A stretch of 64,000 nt of DNA, taken from Tubulanus polymorphus (Eukaryota > Animalia > Nemertea). Where the stretch lies: assembly GCF_964204645.1 (NCBI RefSeq), contig NC_134031.1, forward strand, positions 10,790,088 to 10,854,087, read 5' to 3'. The notes beneath the pieces are model-generated. The model was not told the DNA's origin. It saw nothing but the letters and a program-made list of their open reading frames with translations, and did not search any database. Shown here piece after piece: positions 38,563 through 50,576 of the stretch. A program made the translations under genes and the position numbers. Every line of letters begins with the position of its first letter. Within the stretch, counting starts at the first letter, position 1.

Positions 38563-39521
38563 CACAACACTTGCTTTCTCTGGGTCTGTCAAATTTGTCG
38601 ATTAATTTGCTTTTGTCATCTCTTCGAGATTCAACTCTTCGGCAATATGATGTGTATTATAGACAATGGATCGATTATGTGACTCGCCGAGGGTGTGATT
38701 ATAGAAACCCATCTGCAGAACTTTTAGTTGATTTTCTTTCTTCATTATATGAGAAAGGCTTGTCATATAGTGCGATAAATACGGCAAGATCTGCTATTTC
38801 AACTTTTAGTTTTGCGTCACCATCCGCTAATATTGGGTCCGACCCTCTTGTGAAACGACTTTTCAAAGGTATTTTCGAGAATCGTCCTCCTATACCTAAA
38901 TATAATGATACGTGGGATGTTGGTATTGTCCTTCGTTTTTTGAAATCAGTAGAACCGTTACATGATTTGTCTCTATCTGATTTGACTAAGAAAACTTTAT
39001 GTTTAATGGCACTTGTTTCAGGACTTCGGCGTAATGTGCTTCATCAATTACGTATCGATGACATGAACATTTTTGATGATCATATAACCTTTCTTTTCGT
39101 CAAACAGAAACCAGATAGACCGGGGAAACCGACTCATCCGATTTCGTTTTTTGCTTATCCTTATGATAAATCGATTTGCGTTTTATCTTGTATCAAAGAA
39201 TACATTCGTGTAACGGCTGGTCTTAGGAAAGACAATCATCTTTTCATTTCTACTAAAAAACCTCACGGACTAGCGTCAAGTGAGACATTATCGCGCTGGA
39301 TTAAAGATGTCTTGTTCGCCTCTGGAGTTGATATCAACCGATACTCCAGTCATTCTACTCGTTCAGCTTCTGCGTCTGCGGCTGTTAAGACTATCCCAAT
39401 AAACACTATTCTCCAGGCTGTTGGTTGGAGCTGCGAACAGACTTTCGCAAAATATTACTATAAAACTGTAGTTGATCATCCTTCGAAGCAATTGGCTAAT
39501 GCGGTCCTTGCTTCAATTTGA
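38472..39521 (+). CDS. DIRS tyrosine recombinase
   Basis: SGLR, HSTR, VGWS..TFAKYY. Confidence 0.92.
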   Translation: MQKEFTTSSSRSRENPSDLQTAKFAGLSLLTQHLLSLGLSNLSINLLLSSLRDSTLRQYDVYYRQWIDYVTRRGCDYRNPSAELLVDFLSSLYEKGLSYSAINTARSAISTFSFASPSANIGSDPLVKRLFKGIFENRPPIPKYNDTWDVGIVLRFLKSVEPLHDLSLSDLTKKTLCLMALVSGLRRNVLHQLRIDDMNIFDDHITFLFVKQKPDRPGKPTHPISFFAYPYDKSICVLSCIKEYIRVTAGLRKDNHLFISTKKPHGLASSETLSRWIKDVLFASGVDINRYSSHSTRSASASAAVKTIPINTILQAVGWSCEQTFAKYYYKTVVDHPSKQLANAVLASI

Positions 39522-39578
39522 TTTAAGGTATTTATGTTTGTTTCCTTGTGTATAATAAGTTTCGGCAAAATAGATGAC

Positions 39579-39771
39579 AGTAATAGGGGTTTAGTTGTTC
39601 TAGATCAAAGGTCGAACGGTCGAGAAATTTTCCTAATGTGAAAATAACAATAATTTCTACTTGAATTAGTCGCGCACACTCCTAATTCAAGTAGAAATTA
39701 TTATTATTTCACATTTGAAAAATTTCTCAACCATTCAACCTTTAACCTAGAACAACTAAACCCCTATTACT
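39579..39771. repeat. Left terminal hairpin of B (193 bp)
   Basis: ~91-bp arms around the loop TCGCGCACACTC. Confidence 0.95.
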
Positions 39772-40018
39772 CTTAAAATATTCATATGCATGAATAAAAT
39801 ATATATGAATAGCATTTAAATTGATAGATTATTCAATATAAAAGTGTGAGCTCTTATGGAATAGATATATAGATATATTTACAACATTATTTCAATATTT
39901 ATATTTGTATGAGTTAGATTTTTAAACATTAAAAGTGTTAGTAAAGTGTGATTGAAATAATTCATATATAAATCATTGAACTTCTAAAATCAATTTAGTA
40001 AAAAAATATGTATAATAG

Positions 40019-40696
40019 ATGGAATCAGAACAACCACAAACTATCAATATTACAAAAAACACTGGCGTCATAAATATATACTACAAGAAGTGTTCTAAGT
40101 GTGAATTAGATAAATTAGCTTTAACAGAATTTAGTAAGCGTAAGATTAGCAAAGATGGTTTTCAATATTGCTGTAAAACTCGTACTAAACTATATACCAA
40201 ACAATATCGAGAAGATAATAGAGAAGCTTACAATGATTATATGACAGAATATATGAGAGGAAGATATCAAACAGATCTTAATTTTAGATTGAAACAATGC
40301 TTAAGATCTAGATTAACACAATTATTGAACAAAGAAACGCATTCAGAAACACTATCTAATTTGTTGGGTTGTACAGATGAATTTCTCAAATCATGGATTA
40401 TATTTCAATTCGACGATAAAATGAATATAGATAATTATGGGGATTATTACCATATTGATCACGTGTTACCAATATCTAAATTTAACATGAATGATGAATA
40501 CAATAAAAAACTTATTTGGAATTGGAAGAATTTAAGACCTTTAGAAAAGAAGGAAAACATAATTAAATCTAATAAACTAGATTTACAGTTATATTTAGAA
40601 CAGTTAACAAAGGCAAAGAAATTTATTGATCAATGGAACAATGATCCAAATAATGAACAATACGTTGAGGAATTTGATATCAAGGATCCGAAATGA
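40019..40696 (+). CDS. Zn-finger/HNH endonuclease-like protein
   Basis: CSKC; HIDHVLP..WKNLRPL..ENIIKSNK. Confidence 0.8.
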   Translation: MESEQPQTINITKNTGVINIYYKKCSKCELDKLALTEFSKRKISKDGFQYCCKTRTKLYTKQYREDNREAYNDYMTEYMRGRYQTDLNFRLKQCLRSRLTQLLNKETHSETLSNLLGCTDEFLKSWIIFQFDDKMNIDNYGDYYHIDHVLPISKFNMNDEYNKKLIWNWKNLRPLEKKENIIKSNKLDLQLYLEQLTKAKKFIDQWNNDPNNEQYVEEFDIKDPK

Positions 40697-41000
40697 CTTA
40701 TCTGGACAGTTATAATTACTGCTCCTAATAGATAAACAAAAGTAGTGAGATATTAAATCCTAATTTAAATAAAAAGTATTTAAAAAACAATAACTTCAAC
40801 TAGCTAGTGAATTCTATTATATTTTCAATATTTTCTTTTCAAAAAGAGAATACTTTATATTTTGAATAGATTCAAATAGAAATTCTTTAAATTCAAATAG
40901 CTAGTATCAGTAGTCAATACTAGAATTCTTTAGCTTTAACTAGCTAGTATCATTTGAAGAATACTTATAATATTTTTTTTGCTTTTTTTCTCTAATATAA

Positions 41001-41609
41001 ATGTCAAAGAAATCTAATAAGAATAGTATTGATATTGAAAAGACATTAGATGATTTGGGTATAAGTGATAATAAAGATACAGTTGCAACTAATTGTGCTC
41101 AAGTTAATTGTAATATAGATTATGAATACTATTTATATTGTAAGCATCATCTAGAACTATTGATTGCCGGTGGAAAAACTAAACAATTTTTAACTAAGAG
41201 TATTACTTTTCAAGAATTAGATGCTATGAAACCAGATAAAGTAATAAAATATTTTAAGATTTATGAAGAAGGTAGATTATCCCGAATAAATGATTCTATT
41301 TCAGATGGTATTGTCAAATGTTATTCTAAGTTATGTAACCAGTTAATACCAATTAATGATGAAAATAAATTATATAGTGATTTAAAAAATGACTACTTAG
41401 TTATGACTGAATTACAAAAATGGGTTGGATATGCTTCATTTCAATTAGGATCGGTTATGACATTAATTTCTACTGGTGTCATAACATTTTCGAATATCAA
41501 GCCTATGGAATATAAATCAGGTAAGAATGAAACAGATGACGCTGTACTACAACCAAACGTCGAAACAGAAAATGAATCAGAACAAAAATTAACTAAAATA
41601 AATGAGTGA
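41001..41609 (+). CDS. Polinton B hypothetical protein
   Basis: Intact, conserved with A. Confidence 0.8.
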   Translation: MSKKSNKNSIDIEKTLDDLGISDNKDTVATNCAQVNCNIDYEYYLYCKHHLELLIAGGKTKQFLTKSITFQELDAMKPDKVIKYFKIYEEGRLSRINDSISDGIVKCYSKLCNQLIPINDENKLYSDLKNDYLVMTELQKWVGYASFQLGSVMTLISTGVITFSNIKPMEYKSGKNETDDAVLQPNVETENESEQKLTKINE

Positions 41610-41955
41610 TGGCGTTAAGAAAAAGGCTAGATCCGAGAAACAAATTAAATGGGCAAGAGAATTGGGTAAAAGATCTTCAGAATTAAAAAAAGCTAAGAAA
41701 AAGAAATTAACTGATATAAATGAATCACAGACTTTATCTGATATTGATTCAAATAATAATCCATCTAATTCTTCTAATAGTGGAAGAAATAATTACTTAT
41801 ATATTACAATTGGGTTAATCACAATTATTATATTATCCGGTGTAATATATAAATCAAAATTCAAATCTGATGATAAATATGATTCCAATGACAATAAACC
41901 TATCATACCAGAAAATAAATCAAATCATAAAGCCATTGAAACTAAATCTAAATAA
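41602..41955 (+). CDS. Basic single-TM protein
   Basis: Conserved with A. Confidence 0.75.
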   Translation: MSDGVKKKARSEKQIKWARELGKRSSELKKAKKKKLTDINESQTLSDIDSNNNPSNSSNSGRNNYLYITIGLITIIILSGVIYKSKFKSDDKYDSNDNKPIIPENKSNHKAIETKSK

Positions 41956-41976
41956 TTATTAATGGATTGAAATAAG

Positions 41977-43071
41977 ATGAAAAAAGAACAATATTTAAGA
42001 GAGTTATATTATAACCCAGAAAGTGAAGTATCATATTCTAGCGTTTCAGAATTATGGAATAAAATTAAATCTGATAAAGATAATGAAAATATAAAATATA
42101 GTGAATTGAAATCATGGTTAAAAAATCAACCAACATATCAAATCCACAAGAAAATGGATAAAACTTATTTAACAAGAAAAGTTATGGTTTCATATATCGA
42201 TCAACAATGGCAAGCAGATTTAATTGACATGAAGAACTTAGAGGAATACAACAAAGGATATTTCTGGATATTAAATGTTATAGACATATTCAGTAGATAC
42301 GCATGGTCAATTCCAATCAAAAATAAAACTGGAATAGAAGTGACAAATGCTTTTAAATCTATATTTAAAGAAGCTATTCCAGATAAGATACAATTTGATG
42401 AAGGTAAGGAATTTTATAACAAACATTTTAAAAAACTATTATCTGATAACGATGTAAAATATTTTTCAACACACTCAGATAAAAAAGCATCTATTATAGA
42501 AAGATTTAATAAAACATTGAAATCTAGAATGTGGAAATATTTTACTGCTAATGAAACATATAAATATATCGATGAGTCGATAAATATATTAGATGATTTG
42601 GTGAAAGGTTATAATAATTCTAAACATAGTTCTATAAATATGAAACCTATACAAGCTAGAAAAGAAGATAATTCGGAAATAGTTTGGAATAATTTATATG
42701 GAGCATTTGTTACACATGATTTCGGAGAACCTAAATTTGAAATTGGTCAACACGTTAGAATATCTAAATATAGAAAAACATTTTATAAAGGTTATACTCC
42801 AAATTTTACAGAAGAAATATTTAAAATTAAAAAGATAATATTAACTAAACCTTTTGTTTATAAATTAGAAGATCTAAAAGATGAAGAAATATTAGGTTAT
42901 TTTTATGAACAAGAATTATCACTTGTACCAAACCCAGATGAAATAGAATACAAAATAGAAAAAGTATTGAAAACAAAAACTCTTAAAGGAAAAAAGTATT
43001 CTTTGGTGAAATATAAAGGGTATGATGATAAATTTAATGAATGGATTTATCTAGTAAAATTAAAAGAATAA
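41977..43071 (+). CDS. rve integrase with chromodomain
   Basis: DDE motifs as in A; C-terminal chromodomain. Confidence 0.95.
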   Translation: MKKEQYLRELYYNPESEVSYSSVSELWNKIKSDKDNENIKYSELKSWLKNQPTYQIHKKMDKTYLTRKVMVSYIDQQWQADLIDMKNLEEYNKGYFWILNVIDIFSRYAWSIPIKNKTGIEVTNAFKSIFKEAIPDKIQFDEGKEFYNKHFKKLLSDNDVKYFSTHSDKKASIIERFNKTLKSRMWKYFTANETYKYIDESINILDDLVKGYNNSKHSSINMKPIQARKEDNSEIVWNNLYGAFVTHDFGEPKFEIGQHVRISKYRKTFYKGYTPNFTEEIFKIKKIILTKPFVYKLEDLKDEEILGYFYEQELSLVPNPDEIEYKIEKVLKTKTLKGKKYSLVKYKGYDDKFNEWIYLVKLKE

Positions 43072-43676
43072 ATGAATAAAGATTTATTTATATTTGAACC
43101 GCATAATATGTTAGTTACTGGAGTAACAAAGTGTGGTAAAACACATTTCATATTAGATTTGTTAGAAACTATTTATAAGAATCATTTTGATAATATAATA
43201 TTATTCTGTCCTCCTTATGAAATGAATAAAACATATAATAGAGATATAGTTAAGATAAAAAAGTTTATTATATTAGATCGTAAAACAGTAAAAGAAAATT
43301 TAGATAATTGTATTAAAATAGCAATTGATACATATAAAGGATCAAATACATTATTCATTATAGATGATTGCGCAAATTTACATGATTCAAAAGTGAGAGA
43401 AAGTGAGTTATGTTATTTAGCTTTCTCTGGAAGACATTTTGGGATAACAACATGGGTTTTAAATCAAAAATATAATTCAATTGTTAAAGACTTTAGGGAG
43501 AATATAAGATTTCTAGTTTTATTCTACAATAAAAATCTATGCAACAATCATTGGAAGAAAATCAAATTATACCTACTGAATTACATGATGAATATATGAA
43601 TAAATTAAAGAATAATAAAGGTTCAAAATTATTACTGAGACTACAATTTCCCTATGAATATAAATTTATAAAATAA
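43072..43676 (+). pseudogene. Packaging ATPase (FtsK/A32-like), late frameshift
   Basis: GVTKCGKT, IIDD, GRHFGITTWVLNQ. Confidence 0.9.
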
Positions 43677-44075
43677 CTATTTATATACCTATGTATTAGA
43701 TACCCTATTAGATACCCTAATACCTGATACCCCATTAGATACCCTAATACCTGATACCCTAATACCTGATACTCTATTAGATACCTTAAATACTTAAAAC
43801 CCCCTTTTTTAAAATAAATATTATTTATACAATTTTCAACCAATTTATTTTTTTTTTCAACAAATATATGAATAAGTTTGAAAATAATAAAGGTTATTCA
43901 TTATTACTGAGGTTTCAATATAAATTTAAAAAAGAAATATAATTTAAGGTATTTTCAAATAATATGTATTAGATATGTATTAGATATGTATTAGATATGT
44001 ATTAGATACCTTAAATACCTTAAATACTTAAAACCCCCTTTTTTATTTACTATTATTTTATACAATTTTCAACCT
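43607..44075. repeat. Repeat-rich convergent junction of B
   Basis: Degenerate duplication of the ATPase 3' end; GATACCC-based repeats 43699-43790; (TATGTATTAGA)x4 at 43963-44006. Confidence 0.8.
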
Positions 44076-44181
44076 TAATTATTATTTGATTGTTAGATAA
44101 TTAATTTCTGAATCACTTTCATCATCACTCTCCAATTCATTATCAGGCCCTAACAATTTATTCAAATGCTCTACCGTATCT

Positions 44182-44934
44182 TCATAAATTATTTTCTGAT
44201 TTAAGTTTCATAGAATCTTTATTATCAATGCGCTTTCCTGTATTTTCATTATTATCTTTATTAGTATTTGCTCCTAATATTTCATTTACAGTGTTTGATC
44301 CTAATATTTCATTACCATCGGTTAAATCTAATTCATCTTTATTAGGTGTTGCTAATAAAAAATCTTCATATAATTCTTTACCATTTACTTTTTTATTTGA
44401 AACAAATTTTGTAACATATCTAAATGGGTGTTCTATAAATTCTCTTAAACCAACACGTTCTATAACATTAGTAATATGTGAATTTGTATTCATATGTTTA
44501 TTCCAATTTGATGGAGCGTTTGAAAATTCACCTTTACAATAATCACAATAATTTCTATTTTTACTAACATTTAATATTATTGCATTATTATATGTAGAAG
44601 GTATTGCATTATTGTATGGAGAGGGTATTACATTATTAGATGTAGAAGGTATTACATTATTAGATGTAGTAGGTATTACATTATTAGATGTAGTAGGTAT
44701 TACATTATTAGATGTAGTAGGTATTACATTATTAGATGTAGTAGGTATTACATTACTTAAATTATCAACAACACCACTTTTATTATTATCGATTTCTATT
44801 AGTTTAGTTTTATAAATTTTGAAAATAGGATCAAATATCAAAGCTATATTACAAGGTATAACATAATATAAACCATCATTATTTTCATGTGTATCGATGT
44901 ATGGAATATGTTTATATACTTTACCTCCTTCCAT
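44182..44934 (-). CDS. 8-aa-repeat/zinc-finger protein of B
   Basis: (NNVIPTTS)n; CDYC..H..H; N-terminus nearly identical to A, C-terminus unrelated. Confidence 0.78.
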   Translation of the reverse strand: MEGGKVYKHIPYIDTHENNDGLYYVIPCNIALIFDPIFKIYKTKLIEIDNNKSGVVDNLSNVIPTTSNNVIPTTSNNVIPTTSNNVIPTTSNNVIPSTSNNVIPSPYNNAIPSTYNNAIILNVSKNRNYCDYCKGEFSNAPSNWNKHMNTNSHITNVIERVGLREFIEHPFRYVTKFVSNKKVNGKELYEDFLLATPNKDELDLTDGNEILGSNTVNEILGANTNKDNNENTGKRIDNKDSMKLKSENNL

Positions 44935-44966
44935 TTATTATATAAATTTTTATTAAAGTTAAAATT

Positions 44967-46192
44967 TTAATACATAACACTATTCAATTGAGAATTTACA
45001 ATATTTAATTGCGCGTCAGATATAATATAAATGTGCATTTTAAAATTTTTGATTCCTTCATTCTTTGTCATGAATAATTGTATTCCATCTTTAGTGTTTT
45101 GTAATTTTTTTCCAGAACCATGTAATGAATTATCCTCTGTTGTTCTAAAATCTAACCATAATGCATATTTATTACCGGTATAATAATCAATTTGATTAAT
45201 ATTACAATTTTCAGATGATTTCACTTTTTCATTCATAAAATGTTTTCTAATTTCTGGCCATTGATCTATCATTCTCATTCCTTGACAAAATATTTTATTT
45301 GCTATTCCTTCGATAGTTATTTCTACTTTTGTTATTTCAGGATTATAATAATTATCAACATTTATTGCGCCATTAGTATATGTTGCAATGGTAAAAAATA
45401 TTAATATACCTTTAATAGATCTACTTGGGAAGTTAATATTCTCATTAATAATTTCATCATTTGCATTAATAGTTACGGTTTTAAATTTATCAATATAATC
45501 ATATAATAATGAAAATCCTTGATTGTATTTAGTTTGAATTATACTTGAAATATTTTCATCAGTTACTGTATCATATTCTAAACATATATTCGATAATTTA
45601 TAACTCATATCTTTATTAACGCTAGATATTACAATTTCATTAACAGGAGCAAATGTTATTTCGAATATAACGTCTTCTTGAATTGCGTATTTATATAAAG
45701 GTGCATTATTATTTATCAATTCAAAGTCTAGTGGAATTTTATATTTGCTTCCATAAATCTTTTTTATCAAATTATCTACAGCATTAGTTACTACTGCATT
45801 ATTGGCTTCAGATCTTAATTTATTTTGGTTTTCTGATTGGATGCCTTGAAATATCATATTATTTCTATTTTCTTTAGTTAACCATAAATCTTTATATCTA
45901 ATGAGAAAACTGTTTCTGGACCAATCTTTATTGTTAACTTTTTAATCAAATATCTCCCAACATTATCAACAACATAATTATTATTATTACCGAGTACTTT
46001 TATATCGGCTGATAGATAAATACTATTTGGAACATAAAAAGTATTTTGTGTTAATCGAGGAATTCTAACATATAAAGTTTCATCGGGATTAATATTTGAA
46101 GGATTATGAGTAATTATATGATGTGATCTTTCTGCTTTAATAGCATTAGATATTCTATGATTCTTAGAAGGATTGATATAACTCCCACTCAT
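44967..46192 (-). pseudogene. Major capsid protein of B, disrupted near 45860-45900
   Basis: ORFs 45878-46192 and 44967-45857. Confidence 0.82.
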
Positions 46193-46209
46193 TTATTTAA
46201 CAAAAAAAT

Positions 46210-47648
46210 TAATTATTTATTTTTGATCATGTTTACTAACCCAAAAATAATAGCACTTACAACTGTAATTAAAAATAAAATAATATGTTCAGCAGCAAAG
46301 TTAATAATGTTTCCTGCAGATTTCAATATAAAACCAACAATTGATGCAATAACTCCTGGTAAAGCTGCAGCAGATTTTTAAGATAGTTCCCATAAATATT
46401 TTGCTAATTTTTTAAAACCATCTTTAACTTTATCTTGTATAGAATTATTATCATTCGGGGGTTTATCTGGTTTATTGGGAGTAGGAGTAGATTTCAAAGA
46501 ATTTGATATTGCTAAACCAATTGTTGTAAATAACATAGTTACAGCCGTTAGAATTGAAAGAATTGTTATTCCTTCAAACTTAAATAATAATTTTATTCTA
46601 TCTTTCAATGATATTTTAGAATTTGGTTTTATTAGATATCTTTTAAAAACATCTTTTAATCTATCAATATTATAATCATATGATTTTAATAATAATTCAA
46701 TTTCTTCTTTTTGTAATTCTATGTTATATTCTAAATCATCTTTTTCTTTTTCTAAATATGCATTTCTTTTTCTAAATTCATTTTCTTCAATAACTTAATT
46801 ATCTCTATCTAATTTTATTTTTTCTATTTCTTCATTTTTATCAGTTAATTCATCTTCTAAATTTCTAATTTTTAATCTCTTACATTTTTATCATGCATAA
46901 TTTTATACTAATAATTTCTCTAATTGCTTTATCAGAAAATATATCTAAATCTTCTAATTCTTGATCTGCTGCATCAAGTAATCCATTCGGTAAAAGTTTT
47001 TCAATTGGAACTTTATTTGATTTAAGTTTACTAGTTTTGGAAGTTTTATTCTGTTCAGAAGTTGTTTCTGGTTCTAAATTATTATCGATTGTTTCAAATA
47101 ATTTTTCAATTCTTTGTTTAAATACTCTTTCATTTTTAATAATTTCTTCTTGTGTTACATCTTCTATTTCATTACTATTTCTTATTCTCTTAATTCTATC
47201 TGGTTTTAAATTAAGCAAAGTTGATTCTGCTAATATTTTGTTTTTGTTTTTTATAAGAGATATCTATATATTAATCATCCTTCAAACGATAATAATATTC
47301 ACCATCTAAAAACTTTAAGTCTTGTACTAAAAGTCTAGCGCTTCTATCATTTATATTATATCCAGATTCTTTAAATACATGTTGAAAATCATACATAAAT
47401 TCAATATTTTCTAAATTTTGTCTTACTAAATCTGGATTTTCATTTTCAGTAGGTATTCTCCATTTAGCTCCTCTAATATATTCATCTGTTGATTGGCCTT
47501 TAGAACCACTATCTGCTAAATTAGAATTATATGCTGATTCATCATCATTATCAATATTAGTTTCTGCATCATTATAATCATCATCAATATATCCTTCATT
47601 ATTATTTCCCATGCCTTCCATTTCATAATCTTCTCCACCTTCTGCCAT
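46210..47648 (-). pseudogene. Coiled-coil/amphipathic membrane protein of B, frameshifted
   Basis: ORFs 47271-47648, 46880-47218, 46378-46608. Confidence 0.7.
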
Positions 47649-47663
47649 TTACATAATAAAAAA

Positions 47664-49064
47664 TTAAAATTTAAAATATAATATTCCTCCGATTACAATT
47701 CCTATACAGGTTATAGCTAATTTAGTATTTTCATGGGATTTATTATCATCATTTAGTTTAATTATTTCATGTTGAATAATATCAGTTTTAATATCTTCTG
47801 ATGTATTATAATCTTTTATTTTAGAATCATCATTTAATTTAATATTCTTAGTTTTAGTTTCTGTTGATTGAATGTGTTTTTTATTTTTTTCACCTTCCAT
47901 TAATTTTGGAGCAGTGATAATCTTTTTATTTATATCATTTAATCCAAATGAATTATTTATTGTTGCAGTTTTAATTAGATTATTATAACCAATTATGTTT
48001 CCCATCTTTAATACTAAATCATTAGAAATAATAGATAGATTAGGGCCTATACAATAATTTAATCTAATATGTGATTTATCTAAATAACTTTGATATCTTT
48101 GAAACAATGTTTTCCGGAATCGATCTATTTTTATCATTATGAATAGAATCTTCAAATAATACTTTGAATTGTTTCTGTGTATCAAATGATGTATTTAAAT
48201 TGTTATGTTTCCAATTATTGGGGATCTTGTTTCAACTTGCGCGCCTAGAATACATATCAAATAAGTTCTAATAGATTGATTTATTCTTTGTATACCTGAT
48301 TTTGTAAAACCTTCATTATTTTCTAAAATGAAATAAACCCAACCATTATTGTTTTCGTGTTTTAAATTATCATAAAATGTCGGTAATTTATTGAAATTTA
48401 ATGTTTCTAAATCCTTAGTTTCTATTTTACCATAACCTAATTTATTACTATAGATATTATAAAAACTATTAGATGGTATGGGAAGTGCACAATATTCTGC
48501 AATCTTTTTAGGGCAAGGAAGTGATCTTATTGTTCCAATTTTTGTTCTAAAATCAGAATTATTTATATCTATATTAAATTCATTACAAATTTTATAAAAC
48601 TTTGATAAATTAATATTATTATCTAATTCTTTAAAATATCTAGATCCTGGTAAAGCGCACTCTAATTCATTTAATATTATTCTGATTTGAAAGTATGTAT
48701 GAAATCTAAATAAACTTTGAATTAATTTATATTTAGAATTATTCAAATGATCATTCCAACTAATTCCACATCCTGTTGTTGCACAATAAACAGCAAAATT
48801 TAATTGGTTCTGCCAATACTTCATATTAGATTTTAATAACCATTGTTTTTCATCTTTCAATTTTTTAAAATCAATTAAATATACATGAAATATATTTTCC
48901 ATCTTTGCATTAAAATTATTAGTTTCAGTAACATAAATTTCTAAATTAGTTAATGAATCTAAAACTTCATTTCTATATGTAATATCTTTATTAAAATATA
49001 TTGCAGGAATATTATATTTAATTGATTTATTATATTGGAAAGCTTTTGGAAAACTATCTACCAT
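47664..49064 (-). pseudogene. Conserved hypothetical protein (WQNQLNFAVYCATTGCG) with C-terminal TM, frameshifted
   Basis: ORFs 48195-49064 and 47664-48185. Confidence 0.72.
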
Positions 49065-49080
49065 TTATATAATTAAAAAA

Positions 49081-49515
49081 TTAATAATTAACTAATTCTT
49101 TTAATAATTTATCTTGTTCTTCAACTGTTATATGGCCATTTAAACTTATTATATAATCTAGTGTATTCTTTAATTTATTAATTTCTTTTATATTAGTTTT
49201 AATTTTTTCTTTATTACTTTTTATATTTAATTTTGAACTTATACCAGTTAAAACACTTGAACTTAATCCTAATACACCAATTGATATAGCTAAAGGCGTT
49301 AATGGACTGAATATTGCTAGAAATGTTATTACAGAACTAATTGTAACCGAACCACTTATAATCAAATAATATATAATTTTAATTTTTAAATATTTTTTCT
49401 TTTTAACTTTTAAGTCACTTTCAAATTCTAATATTTGTTTTTCTAAATATGTTTTTAATTTAGTTTTATTTATATCATGAGGAATAATATCAATATTATC
49501 AACTTTATCATCCAT
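49081..49515 (-). CDS. Two-TM protein
   Basis: Hydrophobic hairpin flanked by basic helices. Confidence 0.75.
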   Translation of the reverse strand: MDDKVDNIDIIPHDINKTKLKTYLEKQILEFESDLKVKKKKYLKIKIIYYLIISGSVTISSVITFLAIFSPLTPLAISIGVLGLSSSVLTGISSKLNIKSNKEKIKTNIKEINKLKNTLDYIISLNGHITVEEQDKLLKELVNY

Positions 49516-49535
49516 TTATTTAGCAAAAAAAATTA

Positions 49536-49958
49536 CTAATTAGTAAACTTATATGCTACAAATATAACAATAACAGTTCCACCTAAAATCCAAATTATTT
49601 CATATTTCTTCTGTTCATTACTTGGGGTATAATAATCTGGTAATTCAGGTTTGTATAGATGTAATATTTCTTTATTGGTTACCACGTTATATAAACTCAT
49701 TGCATCATCAACTGATTGAAAATCTCTGTGTGAAATCTTCTGATCATATAATTCCTTGTTAATATAATCCATATAGTTTTGTCTCTTTTCTCTATATTCT
49801 TCTGCTGCTTTATTGTATTTCTCTAATGCTAAGTTATGTCTTTTTTGTTCTGTTAATGATCCATTTTTATCAATATGCTTAAATAAATAACCACCACCAG
49901 TAAATGCTAAAGCGTTAACAATTGCCGATCCTATAATAGTTATAATTGCAGAAGCCAT
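49536..49958 (-). CDS. Small conserved protein (GSAIVNALAFTGGGYLF..EQKRHNLA), C-terminal TM
   Basis: Intact ORF, conserved with A. Confidence 0.78.
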   Translation of the reverse strand: MASAIITIIGSAIVNALAFTGGGYLFKHIDKNGSLTEQKRHNLALEKYNKAAEEYREKRQNYMDYINKELYDQKISHRDFQSVDDAMSLYNVVTNKEILHLYKPELPDYYTPSNEQKKYEIIWILGGTVIVIFVAYKFTN

Positions 49959-49982
49959 TTATTTAGCAAAAAAATTATGCAT

Positions 49983-50203
49983 TTATATGGGAGGAATATA
50001 TTTTTGTTTTTCCAAATAATCAATAGTTAAATTAGATAAAGTAACTGCTAATGTTAATTTTAAAATATCATTTATATCAAATCTATCAACATTAACACTT
50101 CCCATTTTGAATACTTTTTTAATACCATTGAATAACCAACAGTTCCAACTGATAGTAATGCTCCATTATATAATGCAGTTATTATCCACTTATTATCACT
50201 CAT
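49983..50203 (-). pseudogene. Small hydrophobic protein (frameshifted homolog of 33311-33532)
   Basis: Sequence match to A. Confidence 0.7.
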
Positions 50204-50560
50204 TTATTTATCAAAAAAATTACTATCATCAAAATATTTAGTTATCTTATTTATGATTAATTCAACATTTATTTCATTACTAGTTTCATTTGTATATATT
50301 TCAATTATTATTTTTTTAATATCATCGATGATAAAATCTTCATCTAATTCATAAAATCTTAAAGATTCTCTAATTAAATTAGTAATCTTTTCTACATTTA
50401 AAGTTTCTTTATCTATTGTTGTTTCACACTCAAATGTTGTTTCATTAGAAAATGTAATATTTTTGATATGTGTAATTACATCATTAATGTAAAATTTCAT
50501 TTCTTTCTCATGTTTAAAATCAAACCCAAAACATATGCTCGGCCCAACAGTTATATTCAT
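50204..50560 (-). CDS. Acidic hypothetical protein
   Basis: Intact ORF with TAAATG start; conserved with A. Confidence 0.7.
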   Translation of the reverse strand: MNITVGPSICFGFDFKHEKEMKFYINDVITHIKNITFSNETTFECETTIDKETLNVEKITNLIRESLRFYELDEDFIIDDIKKIIIEIYTNETSNEINVELIINKITKYFDDSNFFDK

Positions 50561-50576
50561 TTATATAATGAAAAAA

